A stretch of 64,000 bases of DNA. Source: Eledone cirrhosa (lineage: Eukaryota). Location of the stretch: the NCBI GenBank assembly GCA_964016885.1, contig OZ024740.1:312728001-312792000 (forward strand), read 5' to 3'. Positions within the stretch are counted from its first letter, which is position 1. The number at the start of each line of letters is the position of its first letter. Below, piece by piece: positions 1 to 12,000 of this stretch. Position numbers and translations under genes: made by a program. The notes below the pieces were generated by a model. That model saw only the letters and a program-made list of their open reading frames with translations, searched no databases and was not told the origin of the DNA.

Positions 1-2090
1 AACAGGCTAAGCCGGAGAAAGTTGTATTGTCGTTAAAACATAGCAATGCCGTTATGGGGAAAATTCAAACGAGGGAAAGAATGCGCGTGCACGTGATAGG
101 CTGTGGCAAAAGCTACTGACCAATTGGGTTAAATCAATAGGGTGCGCTAGCGTGTGAAAGCCGTAAAATATGTGTGTAAATATATATGTGTGTGTATATG
201 TGTATGTGTGTATGTATGTGAAAGATAGTGGGCCGTAGAAGCTGGAATTCAAAGGTGGTAGGTTGTATAAACATGTGTGCGTGTATAAATATAGATGTGT
301 GTGTGTGTGTGTGTGTGTATGGGTATACATATAAGTGCGTGTGTGTGTGAAAGATAGTAGGCCGTAGGGGCTGTTACTGGTCACTATGGTTAAATTAGTC
401 ATGTCAGCTCATTTCTCTCAGCCCGGTTGTTAAGTGGGGGTCTGAGGTTCTTAATAACAAGTGCTTCCTTTATCCTTAAGGATCCGATGCTGCGTTCAGT
501 CGCTAGGACTGTGACCAAGGGTCTGCCCTGTGGGTTTCCGCATTTAAGGATGTGTTTACGGAAGGAAGATGCGTTGGTGTTGACATGTTCCTTGATACGA
601 ACATCTAGGGGTCGGATGGTGCTACCTATGTAAAACTTGTTACATTTATCGCATTGAATCTTATATACGACATAGGTGCGTAGGCAATCTTCCCCCCGTA
701 TCGGGCAGTTGCTGAGGGAACACGTCCCATCTGACTCGTCGGGTTTGGTGGAGAGGCATCTTCGGAGCAAAGGTCCTGTGTGGGCCAAATGTATGTCAAG
801 TCCCTCCCTCCGTATGGCGTTCATGGTATATTCACTCAGGTGGGGGATTTTAAAGAAGCACCTGCTTTTATCTAAGTTTCTAGTGGGTGTCTGTCTGTTG
901 GGTCTGGGGTCTCTAATTCCGTTAATCAGTCGCTTGGGATATCCATTAGACTTGAGTAGATTACGGAATTGCGTGGTATGGGTGAGACCACCCATCGGGT
1001 CGCTGCATCTATTAGTGATCCGTGTAAGTTCATTTAGGACATAGCCTCTCTTAGCGTTGTTGGGGCGGGCTGAGTTGTAATGCACAAATAAGTCCTTGCA
1101 CGCTGCCTTGCGGTAGAAGGTGGTGTTTAGGTCTCCTTCTTCCGAGATGTTGATACGGAAGTCGAGGAGGGCGAGTGACCCGTCTTCTCCTGGGTGTTCG
1201 ATGGTGAAATCGACGTGATGGTCAGTATCGTTAAAGATTTGGTGAATTTCATTCGCCATCTCTCGGGAAGAAGTGAGTATCAGTATGTCATCAACGTATC
1301 TGGAGTAGAAGGCGACGGCGTTGGGTTGGCAGGTGTTGAGTGCCTTGCGTTCCAGGTGGTCCATGTACGAGATCGCAAGTATGCCGGACAGACTAGAGCC
1401 CATAGGTAGCCCAGAGATCTGTTTGTATATGTGGCCGAGGAAATTGAAGAATGCATTATCCACAACGAAGGAGAGGAGTTGGTGGATGTCCGTGTGTGTG
1501 AGTCCGAAGCAGTGTAAGTTAGATGCTTGGACTCGTTCGGTCAACAGGTCGACGGCTGGGGATGCTGGTACGGAGGTATAAAGGGCGACCACATCAAGAC
1601 TGAAGGTATATCCGTTGTCCTTTCTGGTGTTGGGCGCCAGATGGTGTAGTCGCTCCAAGACCTCCTTTGAGCTGCAGACGTGGGCTGGTAGTGTGTGTAG
1701 AATGGGTTTCAGTAGTGTGGAGAGCAGCCACGATATTTTGTAAAGTGGGCCCTCCACGCTAGAGACAATGGGCCTGATTTTCAAATCGGGTCCTTGTTTA
1801 TGGGTTTTCACCAGGTGGTAGAAGGTGGGTAGTTTGCTGTTTCGAGTCATTGTTATTTTTTACCTTCTTTGGCAGTTGTCGTTGGACACAGATGTTAGTC
1901 CATATGGTGTTAATGCCTTCCTCGATTAGAGTCGAGGAGGTCCCTGTGACTTTCGAGTAGAGGCTGTCGTCATTAAGATGTTGGAGAGCTAAGTTGTTGT
2001 AGGTCTCTCTCGAGATGACACAGAATTCTTTCCCCTTGTCAGAGGGAAGGTAAACAAGGTTCCTGGATCTTAGGTTGGTGAGAGTATTAA
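1..2090 (-). mobile_element. Penelope-like retroelement (RT + C-terminal GIY-YIG endonuclease), 5'-truncated at a microsatellite; 3' region runs off the window edge
   Basis: ORF 399-1850 has PLE RT motifs (FYHLVKTHK, RPIVS, SLDVVALYTSVP, YKQISGLPMGSSLS, RYVDD, FLDF-like LLDF, YRK) then CxxxxC linker and VVYKIQC..C..FYIGST...RIKEH (GIY-YIG) ending PPLN. Upstream frame 1798-2090 carries the PLE N-terminal PSDKG motif. Confidence 0.95.
399..2090 (-). pseudogene. PLE reverse transcriptase/GIY-YIG ORF interrupted by one frameshift near 1856-1861
   Basis: Two overlapping frames (1798-2142 and 399-1850) join at an A-run on the minus strand (GTA AAA AAT AAC AAT G); removing one A gives a continuous ...KKVKITMTRNSKLPTFY. 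No internal stops otherwise. Confidence 0.85.
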
Positions 2091-2690
2091 ATGTATATAT
2101 ATATACATACATATACATATACACATACATACATACACACAATCAGACATATATACACACATATATACACGCATACATACGCATGCACAAATATAGAAAT
2201 ATCTACACACACCTACATACTCACACACACAAATAATTATAAGAAAAAATATAATAATAAAAATACCGTCACATAAGAATAAAAATGAATATAAAAATTA
2301 TAGTGTTGACAGCGACACAGGCAACAAATAAATGAACAAACACACGTGGTAAGCAATACACACAATTGCACGTACACATACATACGTAAAAATAAATACA
2401 TACACACACTCTCACACATACACATACATATACAATTACATATACACATACATACGCATACACATATATACACACACACATACATATATACACACACATA
2501 CATATATACACACACATACATTATATATATATATATATACATACATATCCATACATACATACACATACATACATATCACAAACACATACATACAAATACA
2601 AACACACATATGTATGTGTGTAAAACTCATTCTTAGATGTATTCATATGAACCTTGTTTAACTCTAAAAAATATATATATATATATATAC
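2091..2690. repeat. Compound (CA)/(TA)/(CATA) microsatellite
   Basis: Directly visible low-complexity tracts; source of the spurious HT/YV-rich ORFs. Confidence 0.95.
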
Positions 2691-2730
2691 GATATTAAAC
2701 AAATGGAAACTATATTTATAAAACCATATT

Positions 2731-2796
2731 TATTTCATTATACATATTTCAGGGATACCATATTAAAAATATGGCATGCCTTCGTCAGATAAAATA
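2731..2796 (-). ncRNA. Type I hammerhead ribozyme (PLE-type, minimal palindromic stem III)
   Basis: Minus strand reads UAUUUUAU-CUGACGA-AGGCAUGCCAUAUU-UU-AAUAUGGUAUCCCU-GAAA-UAUGUAU-A-AUGAAAUA. Stem I is 8 bp (1 GU), stem II is 13/14 paired, both core boxes are intact, stem III is AUA/UAU with a UG loop, and the cleavage triplet is AUA (cut between 2739 and 2738). Confidence 0.85.
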
Positions 2797-2969
2797 CAAT
2801 ATATAACCAGTTTTATAAATAATTTTGACGTACCATAAATATAGCGACCATTAATGTAGGAGGCTGGCTTGGTAGTTTAATATCGTATATCTACTCCAAA
2901 AACTTGTCGAGTGCTTTATATCAGTTATAAAATATTTACTTGTAACCCAACAATTTTAAATAAAACTTT

Positions 2970-3013
<44 letters not shown>

Positions 3014-3700
3014 TATATATATACCTACACACACATATACATACACATACATACACACACAGACATATATCTATATATAAGAAAAAACAAATATTATATA
3101 TATAAAAAAAACAAATATTGTATCTATAAAAATAAAAAGTTTGGAATACGACAAATAATAAATAACAAAAATAATTAGAAAAGGGTATAAATGTTTATAG
3201 CTGATTTAGAGCACTCAACAAGTTCCTGGAGGCAAATGATCAATGAAAATAAGCATTAAATCACTGTATGTAATTATGCATATACACACACACATATACA
3301 TATATATATATACATATATACACACACAAACACAACCACAGAAATACACGCACACATACATACATATACGCATATATATATACACACACATAGAAAAAAG
3401 TATGACCCCACGGCAGAGCTCAAGCCGTTTCTGAGGCTATTATATATATACACACAAAACCATTATATAAAAATACATATACACGCCCACACATTATATC
3501 TATATATACACACATACATACACACATATATATACATACATATATATACACACACGCACAAATACAACAGAAGCATATAAAATACAATTATATATATATA
3601 TACATATACATACAGATAAATATAAACATACATACACACACATATATATATATTTATATACATACATATATACACACATATACGCAACACACACACACAA
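2970..3700. repeat. Compound (TA)/(CA) microsatellites with interspersed PLE 3'-region remnants
   Basis: Visible dinucleotide tracts; hammerhead stem III-like remnant at 3409-3431. Confidence 0.85.
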
Positions 3701-3890
3701 ATAAATATCTAAAAATAAAAAAATTGGGTATGTGAAGGGTAAGGCAGAAAGTAGGGGGGGAAATAAATGACATAGGAAAAGGTTTAAATATAAGGGGAGA
3801 TAAGGGAGAAAAAATACGAGAGTACAGAAAGTGAATTCAGAAGGTAAAAAAACCGTATTGCATGTAAGGTGTAGAGAGCAGAGAAGGAGT

Positions 3891-4095
3891 TCATGGTTGT
3901 TGAGTTATCGTAGGAATGTCAATCCAGTACAGATCAGATGATTTCAGGTGAGGACAACATCTGAAGATCTCGGTCTTTGAGTTCAGGCAAGCAGAAGTGG
4001 CTTTCAAGTTTTGTAAAATCCTAAATTTTTCAGTGGTACACAAAGAACAATTCTTTGTGCCCCTTTGGTACTCCCTCGAATGGTCTAAAATAGAT
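3891..4095 (-). mobile_element. C-terminal remnant of a second, different Penelope-like element
   Basis: ILDHSREYQRGTKNCSLCTTEKFRIL...LNSKTEIFRCCPH matches the recalled PLE endonuclease C-terminus pattern Y-x5-CxLCxxEK...LNxxxE...CxH. Confidence 0.75.
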
Positions 4096-4672
4096 GTGTA
4101 GATGTGTATTATGTAAGTTACAAAAGTGCAACTACATGACGAACGAAACAAGCAGAATTATATGAATTGCAATGTTATTCTACTGTAAATTTATACAATC
4201 CTTAAAATAAAACAACTATATGAAACGACATCAAATATATAATTACCACCACGAGAAACTAAACAATGCATAATAAATTGTAACTGAGAGATACGGCTTT
4301 CACTGAGAAAATTGTCTGGAGCGGATAATCATGCGTTTTCATGTATACTTTTATATTGGGTACATCTTCACACAAACATATATTCCTCCCACCCCCATAT
4401 ATATACGTGCAAAAGGTTCAAAACGTCCGAAGAAAACTGGTGAGAGTACCAATGTCGTGAGAGTACCAGTCACGCACTGAGGTCGATTTAATCGACTTTC
4501 CTCTCCCCCAAAATTGCTGGCCTTGTGTCTATATAAGAAACCATTATATATATATACATATTAAGGATGAAAGGCGAGGTTAACTTTGCCTTTCATCCTC
4601 AAGGGGTCGATAAAATAAAGTACCAGTGGGATAATTGTGCCAAAAGTAGAAACAATTATATATATATACATA

Positions 4673-4853
4673 TTGGTAGTATCGGTAGAGGGTCGGACGC
4701 CATGCTTTGACGCATAGAGTTACGGCCCTTGACATTCTGAGTTCAAATCCCACCGAGGTTAACTTTGCCTTTCATCCTTACGGGGTCGATAAAATAAAGT
4801 ACCAGTAATGCACTGGAATAATTACTGGCCTTGTGCCAAAAGTAGAAACAATT
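4673..4853 (+). mobile_element. tRNA-derived SINE with Nin/Deu-like central domain (family A); partial copies at ~4470-4655
   Basis: A-box-like TGG..GT.TCGGTAGAG, B-box GAGTTCAAATCCC, core TTAACTTTGCCTTTCATCCTTACGGGGTCGATAAAATAAAGTACCAG; many copies in the window. Confidence 0.85.
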
Positions 4854-4970
4854 ATATATATACATACACACACACACATTCTTGTTTGACTATATAACCA
4901 TGGAAACAAGTATACAATAGCGTACATCAAACTTACACTTGAAGTTCTATAAATTATTCCATGGACTTAC

Positions 4971-5058
4971 CTTCACATCGGGTTTCAGCAGCAACCAGGG
5001 TCTGTGATAGATTTTCACAGACAGCAAATAAAGCAGTAACTAGAAACAACAACTTCAT
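4971..5058 (-). CDS. MANF: First coding exon of probable MANF/CDNF (ARMET) family ER protein; remaining exons lie left of the window
   Basis: ATG at 5058, MKLLFLVTALFAVCENLSQTLVAAETRCE + G then a perfect GTAAGT donor (phase 1). The signal peptide followed by CE|V matches the recalled MANF/CDNF exon-1 end (DCEV). Divergent position next to HSPA14 mirrors human CDNF. Confidence 0.7.
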
Positions 5059-5742
5059 TTTTAATCAGATCAATAGTTGTGTGGAAGATGACAAAAAAAA
5101 AAAAATGATGTGACACTTATTTCACGATTGTGTGGACAGAGTATAGTTTTCTCTGTAGGGGTGGTAATAGTTGCTTTCTTTTACTATTCTTCCCTATAAC
5201 ACTTTCACATAAAGAAATATATATATATATATATTGAAAATTGAAACAATTAAGGTATTGGAATAATTGGGAGGTCTCTGTTGTATTTCTCTGGTATTCT
5301 AATCTATTTACAGAATTAGTCTAGATTCAGTCTTCGATTAATTACAAATCACTAGAAGAACATCCGACTTTTCCTGTGTATTCTGATATGACAATCCTAT
5401 TCATATAAGATATGTAATGGAATCAACTTCATCATTAATTAAAAATCTAGCTCGCAGTTGTTCTTAAAGACAATTAAGAATTGTTGACTTGGTCAGTTCA
5501 AAAAACTTGGCGTCGAATGATTGGTTATTTACTGATGCCGGCTATATTCGGCGAGATTCTCGTTTAAACTTGTTCAAGTCAACGAGATAGCGTCTAATTA
5601 GAGAGTTCCACTCTACCGGCGGTCTAACACTAATTACCTCCCATTGTCGTTATTATCATCATCATCGACTTAAGTAAGAAGAAAGCTGAGTAGAAATAAA
5701 GGCAACTCATATCACTGGATAAAGGTTTCTATCGTCTCAGCC
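5059..5742. promoter_or_regulatory. Putative bidirectional promoter/5'UTRs (684 bp between divergent ATGs)
   Basis: Two divergent start codons, local CpG enrichment, TE-free; ERSE-like CCAAT-N9-CCAAG on minus strand at 5506-5524. Confidence 0.65.
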
Positions 5743-6036
5743 ATGGCTTCACCGGCTGTTGTGGCTGGAACAGTGATATCTGCAGGATTTGGCCTACATC
5801 TTGGTTCATCGGCTGCTTGTGTTGCTTTTACAAAGGTAATCTTTTAAACTATATAAAATTCTTTTTTTAATCTATTTAATTTACTTCCTAACAATGACGA
5901 GTTCTCTAGAGTTCGCGTAATCATGTCTCGTGAACCTTCTCACCGATAAACACATACACACGTGTGTAGCTATTTATCTATCTATCTACCTATATTTGTG
6001 TGCGGTTATATAAATCTGTGTGTATATAGGTACGTT

Positions 6037-6086
<50 letters not shown>

Positions 6087-9000
6087 ACACACACACACAC
6101 ACCACAGTTATATTTGTGTTTCGTTGTCGAAGATGATCACGACTCGGGTATGTCTCGTCTGGTGAGTCAAGAGGCCGATGAGTGTTTTTTTTTTCTGACC
6201 CAAGAATCCCCTCCCACGTGTAGGATACTATAGGAATGTGTGACACATGAGATATACTGCTAGTTCTAGTTATGTCCAGTGAACGCTTCTTTTCAATATT
6301 TCAACTATTTATCTTTTCATGCGAATGGGACTGCGCCAGAATCAAATCCCAAGAATCAATCGAAATATTGAAATCTACTAGAGATGATTTTAGGCATCTT
6401 TTAACCCTCGCCCCACCCCACAGAAAAGTCTCGTTTGTGTTCTCTTGTAGTCTGGCTTGGCCAGCCTAGCTTACCTGCAGCTTCCGCAAGAATGTCAGAT
6501 TTTATTCTGTTAGCAGGCGTGTGCAGGATGCTGTAGAGGCACCTCATGTGGAAATTGTTGTCTCTCCTGGTTCGTTATTGACTGTTCAGGATTTACAGGT
6601 GTATAAGTAGGGTTTAGTGAACATCTTCGCACGATAGACTTTATTCCGGCATTCCCACCCAGCCAGTCTGTTCTTCACTTCATTGATTTTTGCTATTCTT
6701 GAGAGTCTGCTGCCAAAGTATTTTTGAACCTATCAAAACTACCAGTAGCTTTTGTCCATTCACAGTGACCTAAAGTTCCCTGTTTAGATATCTGGGACCA
6801 GACTGGAGCATGACCTCAGTCCTTTTTATGTTTATTGTAAAACCAAAATTATCAGAAGACTGATCCATCTCATGTTGATTACCAGCATTGGTTGAGCAGT
6901 TATTAACAAAGGGAAGATACTTGAACAGTTTTTACTATAGTGATGGCTAAAAGACAGCAGGTGTTAATAATGTCTGTCAGCACTACAGAAAGAAAACTTC
7001 ATGTTAAAGAGTGTAGAGCAGTCATGGGCAAACTGCGGCCTCTCTCGTTTTCTGAATGTGAAAGAGTGTAGAGCAGTCATGGGCAAATTGCAGCATCTTT
7101 CCTTTTCTGAATGTGAAAGAGTGTAGAGCAGTTATGGGCAAACTGCAACTTCTTTCGCTTTCTGAATAGCACACCTAATTTCAAAATTGCCTTGAATTTT
7201 TTAGTAGTGCAGCCCACTCATGATGAGCCACATTCTATGTGGCTCAGTGCTTGAAAACGTTGCCTATGCCTGGTACAGAGTCTAGAACGCAATCTTGCTT
7301 GGTCAACGGCTCTTTCCTATTTTAGATGAGGATAATTGTTTCTACTTTTGGCACAAGGCCAGCAAATACCCAGTGCATTACTGGTACTTTATTTTATCGA
7401 CCCCGTAAGGATGAAAGGCAAAGTTAACCTCGGCGGGATTTGAACTCAGAATGGCAAGGGCCGTAACTCTATGCGTCAAAGCATGGCGTCCGACCCTCTA
7501 CCGATACTGCCAATCCAAATGTTGGCATATTAGAAGTCTTGGAGGGTCTTTCTCTTTGTTCCACATGAACTGTTCCAGAGGCCAGTCAGCTGTATAATGA
7601 AAATTGAAACAACTGACCTGCTTTGTATGCTTGTGTAGAAATGACATTTGGACTAGGATTCCTTCCCTCTTGACATCAGCAATATTGCCTTTATGACTTC
7701 TGGAACTTTAGGTGAGAAGTCAAGCTTGTGGTTCACATCTACTTGTGGCAGGCAATAGCATCTTCACTGATTGAAGAGGCTGGTTGCCTCTATATGGCTT
7801 GATGATTCGTGGCAGGCAGAACATGATGTTGGTTACACTCAGTCTAAGATCAGGTCCCGAGAACCATGAGCTAATTTCTGTAGCTATTCACATGCTCTAC
7901 CTGCCAGTAGCTCTTGTTCAGAACTCCCTCAATTCCAAGACTACCATGTAGGGACATTTTTTTCTGACTTGGGAACAACATTCCTTTGTATTGTCTAGGT
8001 TTATCTTTGAAGCATGGAACATCTAACCTATTCAAGCATGGAAATAAATGTTGATATTATAACAGTGATGATGTGTGTATATATGTGTATATGAATATTA
8101 TCATCATCAGTGTTGAACATTTCATGTGGTTTTTCTTACTGCCTGTTATTGAATGTTTTTATCCCATTAATATCTGCTCTGTGTCTTCATGCTATGATAA
8201 AATGTGATCTCTATAAAGTGGATGGTATTAATGAAACTCATGAGCAAGATGTGGTTTTCAACTTGTCTGACAAGAATTTACTTGTGCCAAAACATCTATT
8301 CAACCCATGGAAAGCAAACTTGAAATGACAATGATGATGATATCTCTCCCCTCACAATCTACACAGTCTGTCTCTATCTAGTGATGTCCACAGACTATCT
8401 TTCTGTGTTTATCTATCAAATGACATCCACTGATTGTGTCTTTTTTTCATCAGATGTCATTGAAGCTCATTTAAGTTTGGTTATATTGAAATATATTTGG
8501 AAACTATCATGTTGTTTTGTTTCATTTTGATGCTTCTAAGAGGAAGGGCTCTTTCCATAGTATGTTCCATAGTGTGTTTTTCAGGTAACATCATCATTAT
8601 CATTGTTTAACGTCCATTTTTCCATGTTGGCATGGGCTAGACGAGTTGTCCCGTTGAGAGACAAATCAGATCATCTTTTGCTCATACAGAACTGCTTTTT
8701 GTCGTGACAATCACTTTACTATATGGACTGCATGCTTTTTGTTGTACCAAAACGATCACTTAACAGTGTGGACTGGGCGCATTTTATCACATCACCAAAA
8801 TGACCACTTTACAGTATGGACTGGGCACGTTTTGTCACATCACTAAAACCACCACTTTACAGTGTGGACTGGGCAATTTTTGTCACGTCACCAAAGCGAC
8901 CACTTTGCACTGTGGACTTAGCACTTGTCACCAAAGTATAAATGAAAGAGAACAGCGGAATTTGGAATATTCAAATATGTTTTTCTTCAGATTTTTTTTT

Positions 9001-12000
9001 TATTGTAGAAACACAAAGAATGACTAAAGTGGGTTGTTATATATTGAAATTTTACTTTTGCAGGATGGACGAGTTGATGTTGTTGCCAATGATGTTGGTG
9101 ATCGAACCACTCCTTGTTTTGTGGCTTTCACAGAACATGATATGGTAAAATAACTTTTTATTTCATACTATCAAAGATCATTATAAAATTACTGATTCAT
9201 TCATATATTTATTGAACATGATATGCTGAAATAATGTATTAATTGCTCACCAATAGATGAATTATTTGTTCCATGGTACATTATTAATGTTTTAGTATCT
9301 TGGTCCTTTGTTCATGTCATACTGGAAAAGACATCTTTAAATATAAGATGGGGAGAGTGAAAGACGGAGGCAGTGAGTGAATGAGAGAGAACATCAACAC
9401 ACGCACAGACTAAAAAATGCCTTAAATTGTCGAACAAGCATTCTGTACATTGTGATTATTTAAATAATTAGAACTAAACTAAACTAAAACTTTGGTAAAT
9501 TTTTGTAAGTGGAGGTGAAATTTGTTTTCTTTGCTGTGCTTTCAACAAAGCTCCCTTTCTTCCTAAGTTGACTAAAAAAAACACCAAATTTCCATCTGTA
9601 AAATTATTTTGTTTTAAGCTAACCTGTAACATGGAAAACACTTGTATGAAATTGTTGATAATTATGTTATAAATATCTAGCTGGTTGTTTTTGTTATTTA
9701 GTTTCTTACACACAACCTGTTTTGCATTGACTAGTTGCTATATTTGTATATTAACTACTGTATATACTTGAAAATAAGTCCCTTTGTATATAAGCCAACC
9801 CCTTATTTTATGTCTGAGAAATGGGGAAAAATCCGAACACTGTAACTGTTTTGAAATCCTCATGAGGGGAGAAAATATTTACAAAGTTTTAATATTTAAA
9901 ATGGTTTCAAATGTTGTTTAGAGTATAGTTTTGGTTTCACAAATCCACTACATATCAGCAGTATCTATTACTTTTAATTTAAAAGAAGTAGTATAACCAC
10001 TGCGAGGTACGGACAAAAACCCCAAGTGAAAATAAGACAACTCTCACCCACATTTTTAGAAAGTTTTATTTCTTGATTTTTTTATTTTATTACACATTCT
10101 TCAGCTTATATTTGAGTAGATATAGTAATTATCATTCGATAGGGTGTAGCATCTATTGATCAAGAGTTGTGACATTAAGTTTTCATACTTTTATGTTCTG
10201 TATTAGCAGCAATCAGTTACCAATGTCTGTAGTGTGAGAGGGATGTGATAAGAAGTCCTTGACAAAAGATAGTATCAGTAAGAACATTCCTTCAAGTTAG
10301 GTGTTTCTTTCTTTATTGTTTCAGGCTGTTGGGTTTGCTGCCAAACAGGGCTATGTGCGGAACACTCGCAACACAATATACCATGTCAAACAGTTATTAG
10401 GTAAACCTTTCCAACATGAAACCACAAAGCAGTTTATGAATAAAAAACAGGTTCAGGTAAGTTTTGGAGGGTTTTTTATTCTCTTTGCTTATATTTGAAT
10501 GTTTTTAATTAATGATTTTGCAGGAAACTGCAATTACAGAATGAAAAAAGTGAAAGAAATGAAATTCACACCTCACACTTATACAAGGTTGTATCTCCTT
10601 GGGGCTTTCCTGGGTGTTTTATGCAACTTTAGCTGACCTCGTACAAGGTTGTATCTCCTTTGGGCTTTCCTGTGTGTTTTATGATAGTAGTCCCAGTCCT
10701 ATTATGAAAAGCAACGTGAAATGAAGCATCTTGCTCAAGAACACAATGCACCACCCAGTCCAGGAACCTTATGGTATTGAGTGGAACACCCTAGCTACTA
10801 GAGTAGGTGGAGTAGTAAATTAACTCCAGTAATTGTCATGTAGTATACTTATTGTGTAAAGAAGTTTAAATACTATAGATTACTAAACAACACATCAGTT
10901 TCCAACTAATTTAGTTCTTCAATACTAAATCATTCTATCTATATTCTAGCCATGTCTTCTTTTGGATACTTGAAGCATGGGTGGGCACCTTTACTAATTC
11001 TCCTCAGTACTGGAGGTGAGCAAATCTCCCGTCGGTTATGATGTCAAATGTTCCAGTTGATATGATCGAGACAGCCTGCTCATGAAATTAACGTGCAAGT
11101 GGCTGAGCATTCCACAGACACGTGTATCCTTAATGTATTTCTCAGGGAGATGAATTATAAACACTCTGTAATTCCTACTTAGAGTCAAAACAATTGCTTG
11201 GGGTGGGTTTCTTCTCCAAAGACCTACTGACCAGCTCTCCTGAGAGTTTCTTACCACTCAAATGCTGTGTGTCTTGACCTCAGACAAATTTCAATGTGAC
11301 TGATATAAAATGAGCCACCGATATATTGGACCATCTTTAACACTTTAGCACCTAAACCAGCCATATCTGACCAGAATTCTTTCACCTCTTTCTGTTCAAA
11401 CCAGCCGTAACTGGCCACTCATACTGATGTTGAGGTATTGTTCTTAAAACAAATATCAAAATCTCATAGATTCGATATTCATCATCATCATCACCGTTTT
11501 CTGTCCATTCTTCCACGCTAGCATGGGTTAGATGAGTTGTCCTGGCAATGCCAGGTCAGGTGACTCTGTCTTGCTCATACAGAACTGATTTGTGCTTGAT
11601 TTCTACAGCTGGATGCCCTTCCTAACACCAACCTCATTTACAGTGAGTACTGGGAGCTTTTTGTTGTGGTGCCTAGACGACCACTTTATAGTGGGAGGGT
11701 GGGGGCATACTGTTTATATGCTTTTACTTCGGCTTGTACCCGTGGGAAGTCGGGTCCTCTGTATTACTGCGTAACGCCAGAGGTCTCGGTCCTGTGTCAT
11801 CGTCTTTGAGAAGTGCAATTGGGCAAGATCAGCTTTTATCACCTCATCCCAGGTCTTCTTGGTTCTATCCACTCTAAGGCTTCCATCGACTTTTAGCACT
11901 CTGCACCTTTTTATGCAATTGTCATCCTTCATATGCATGTCCATACCAACGTAATCCTTTACCGCAATAGTATATATATAGTAATGCAAATGCTAAAGGC

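Noticed and set aside
1850-1865. Programmed ribosomal frameshift in PLE
   Set aside because: PLEs normally have one ORF; a homopolymer indel or sequencing error is simpler.
2091-3700. Many HT/YV/CV-rich ORFs
   Set aside because: Translations of dinucleotide microsatellites.
4673-4760. tRNA genes suggested by A/B boxes
   Set aside because: These are SINE heads continuing into repeat bodies; no full cloverleaf.
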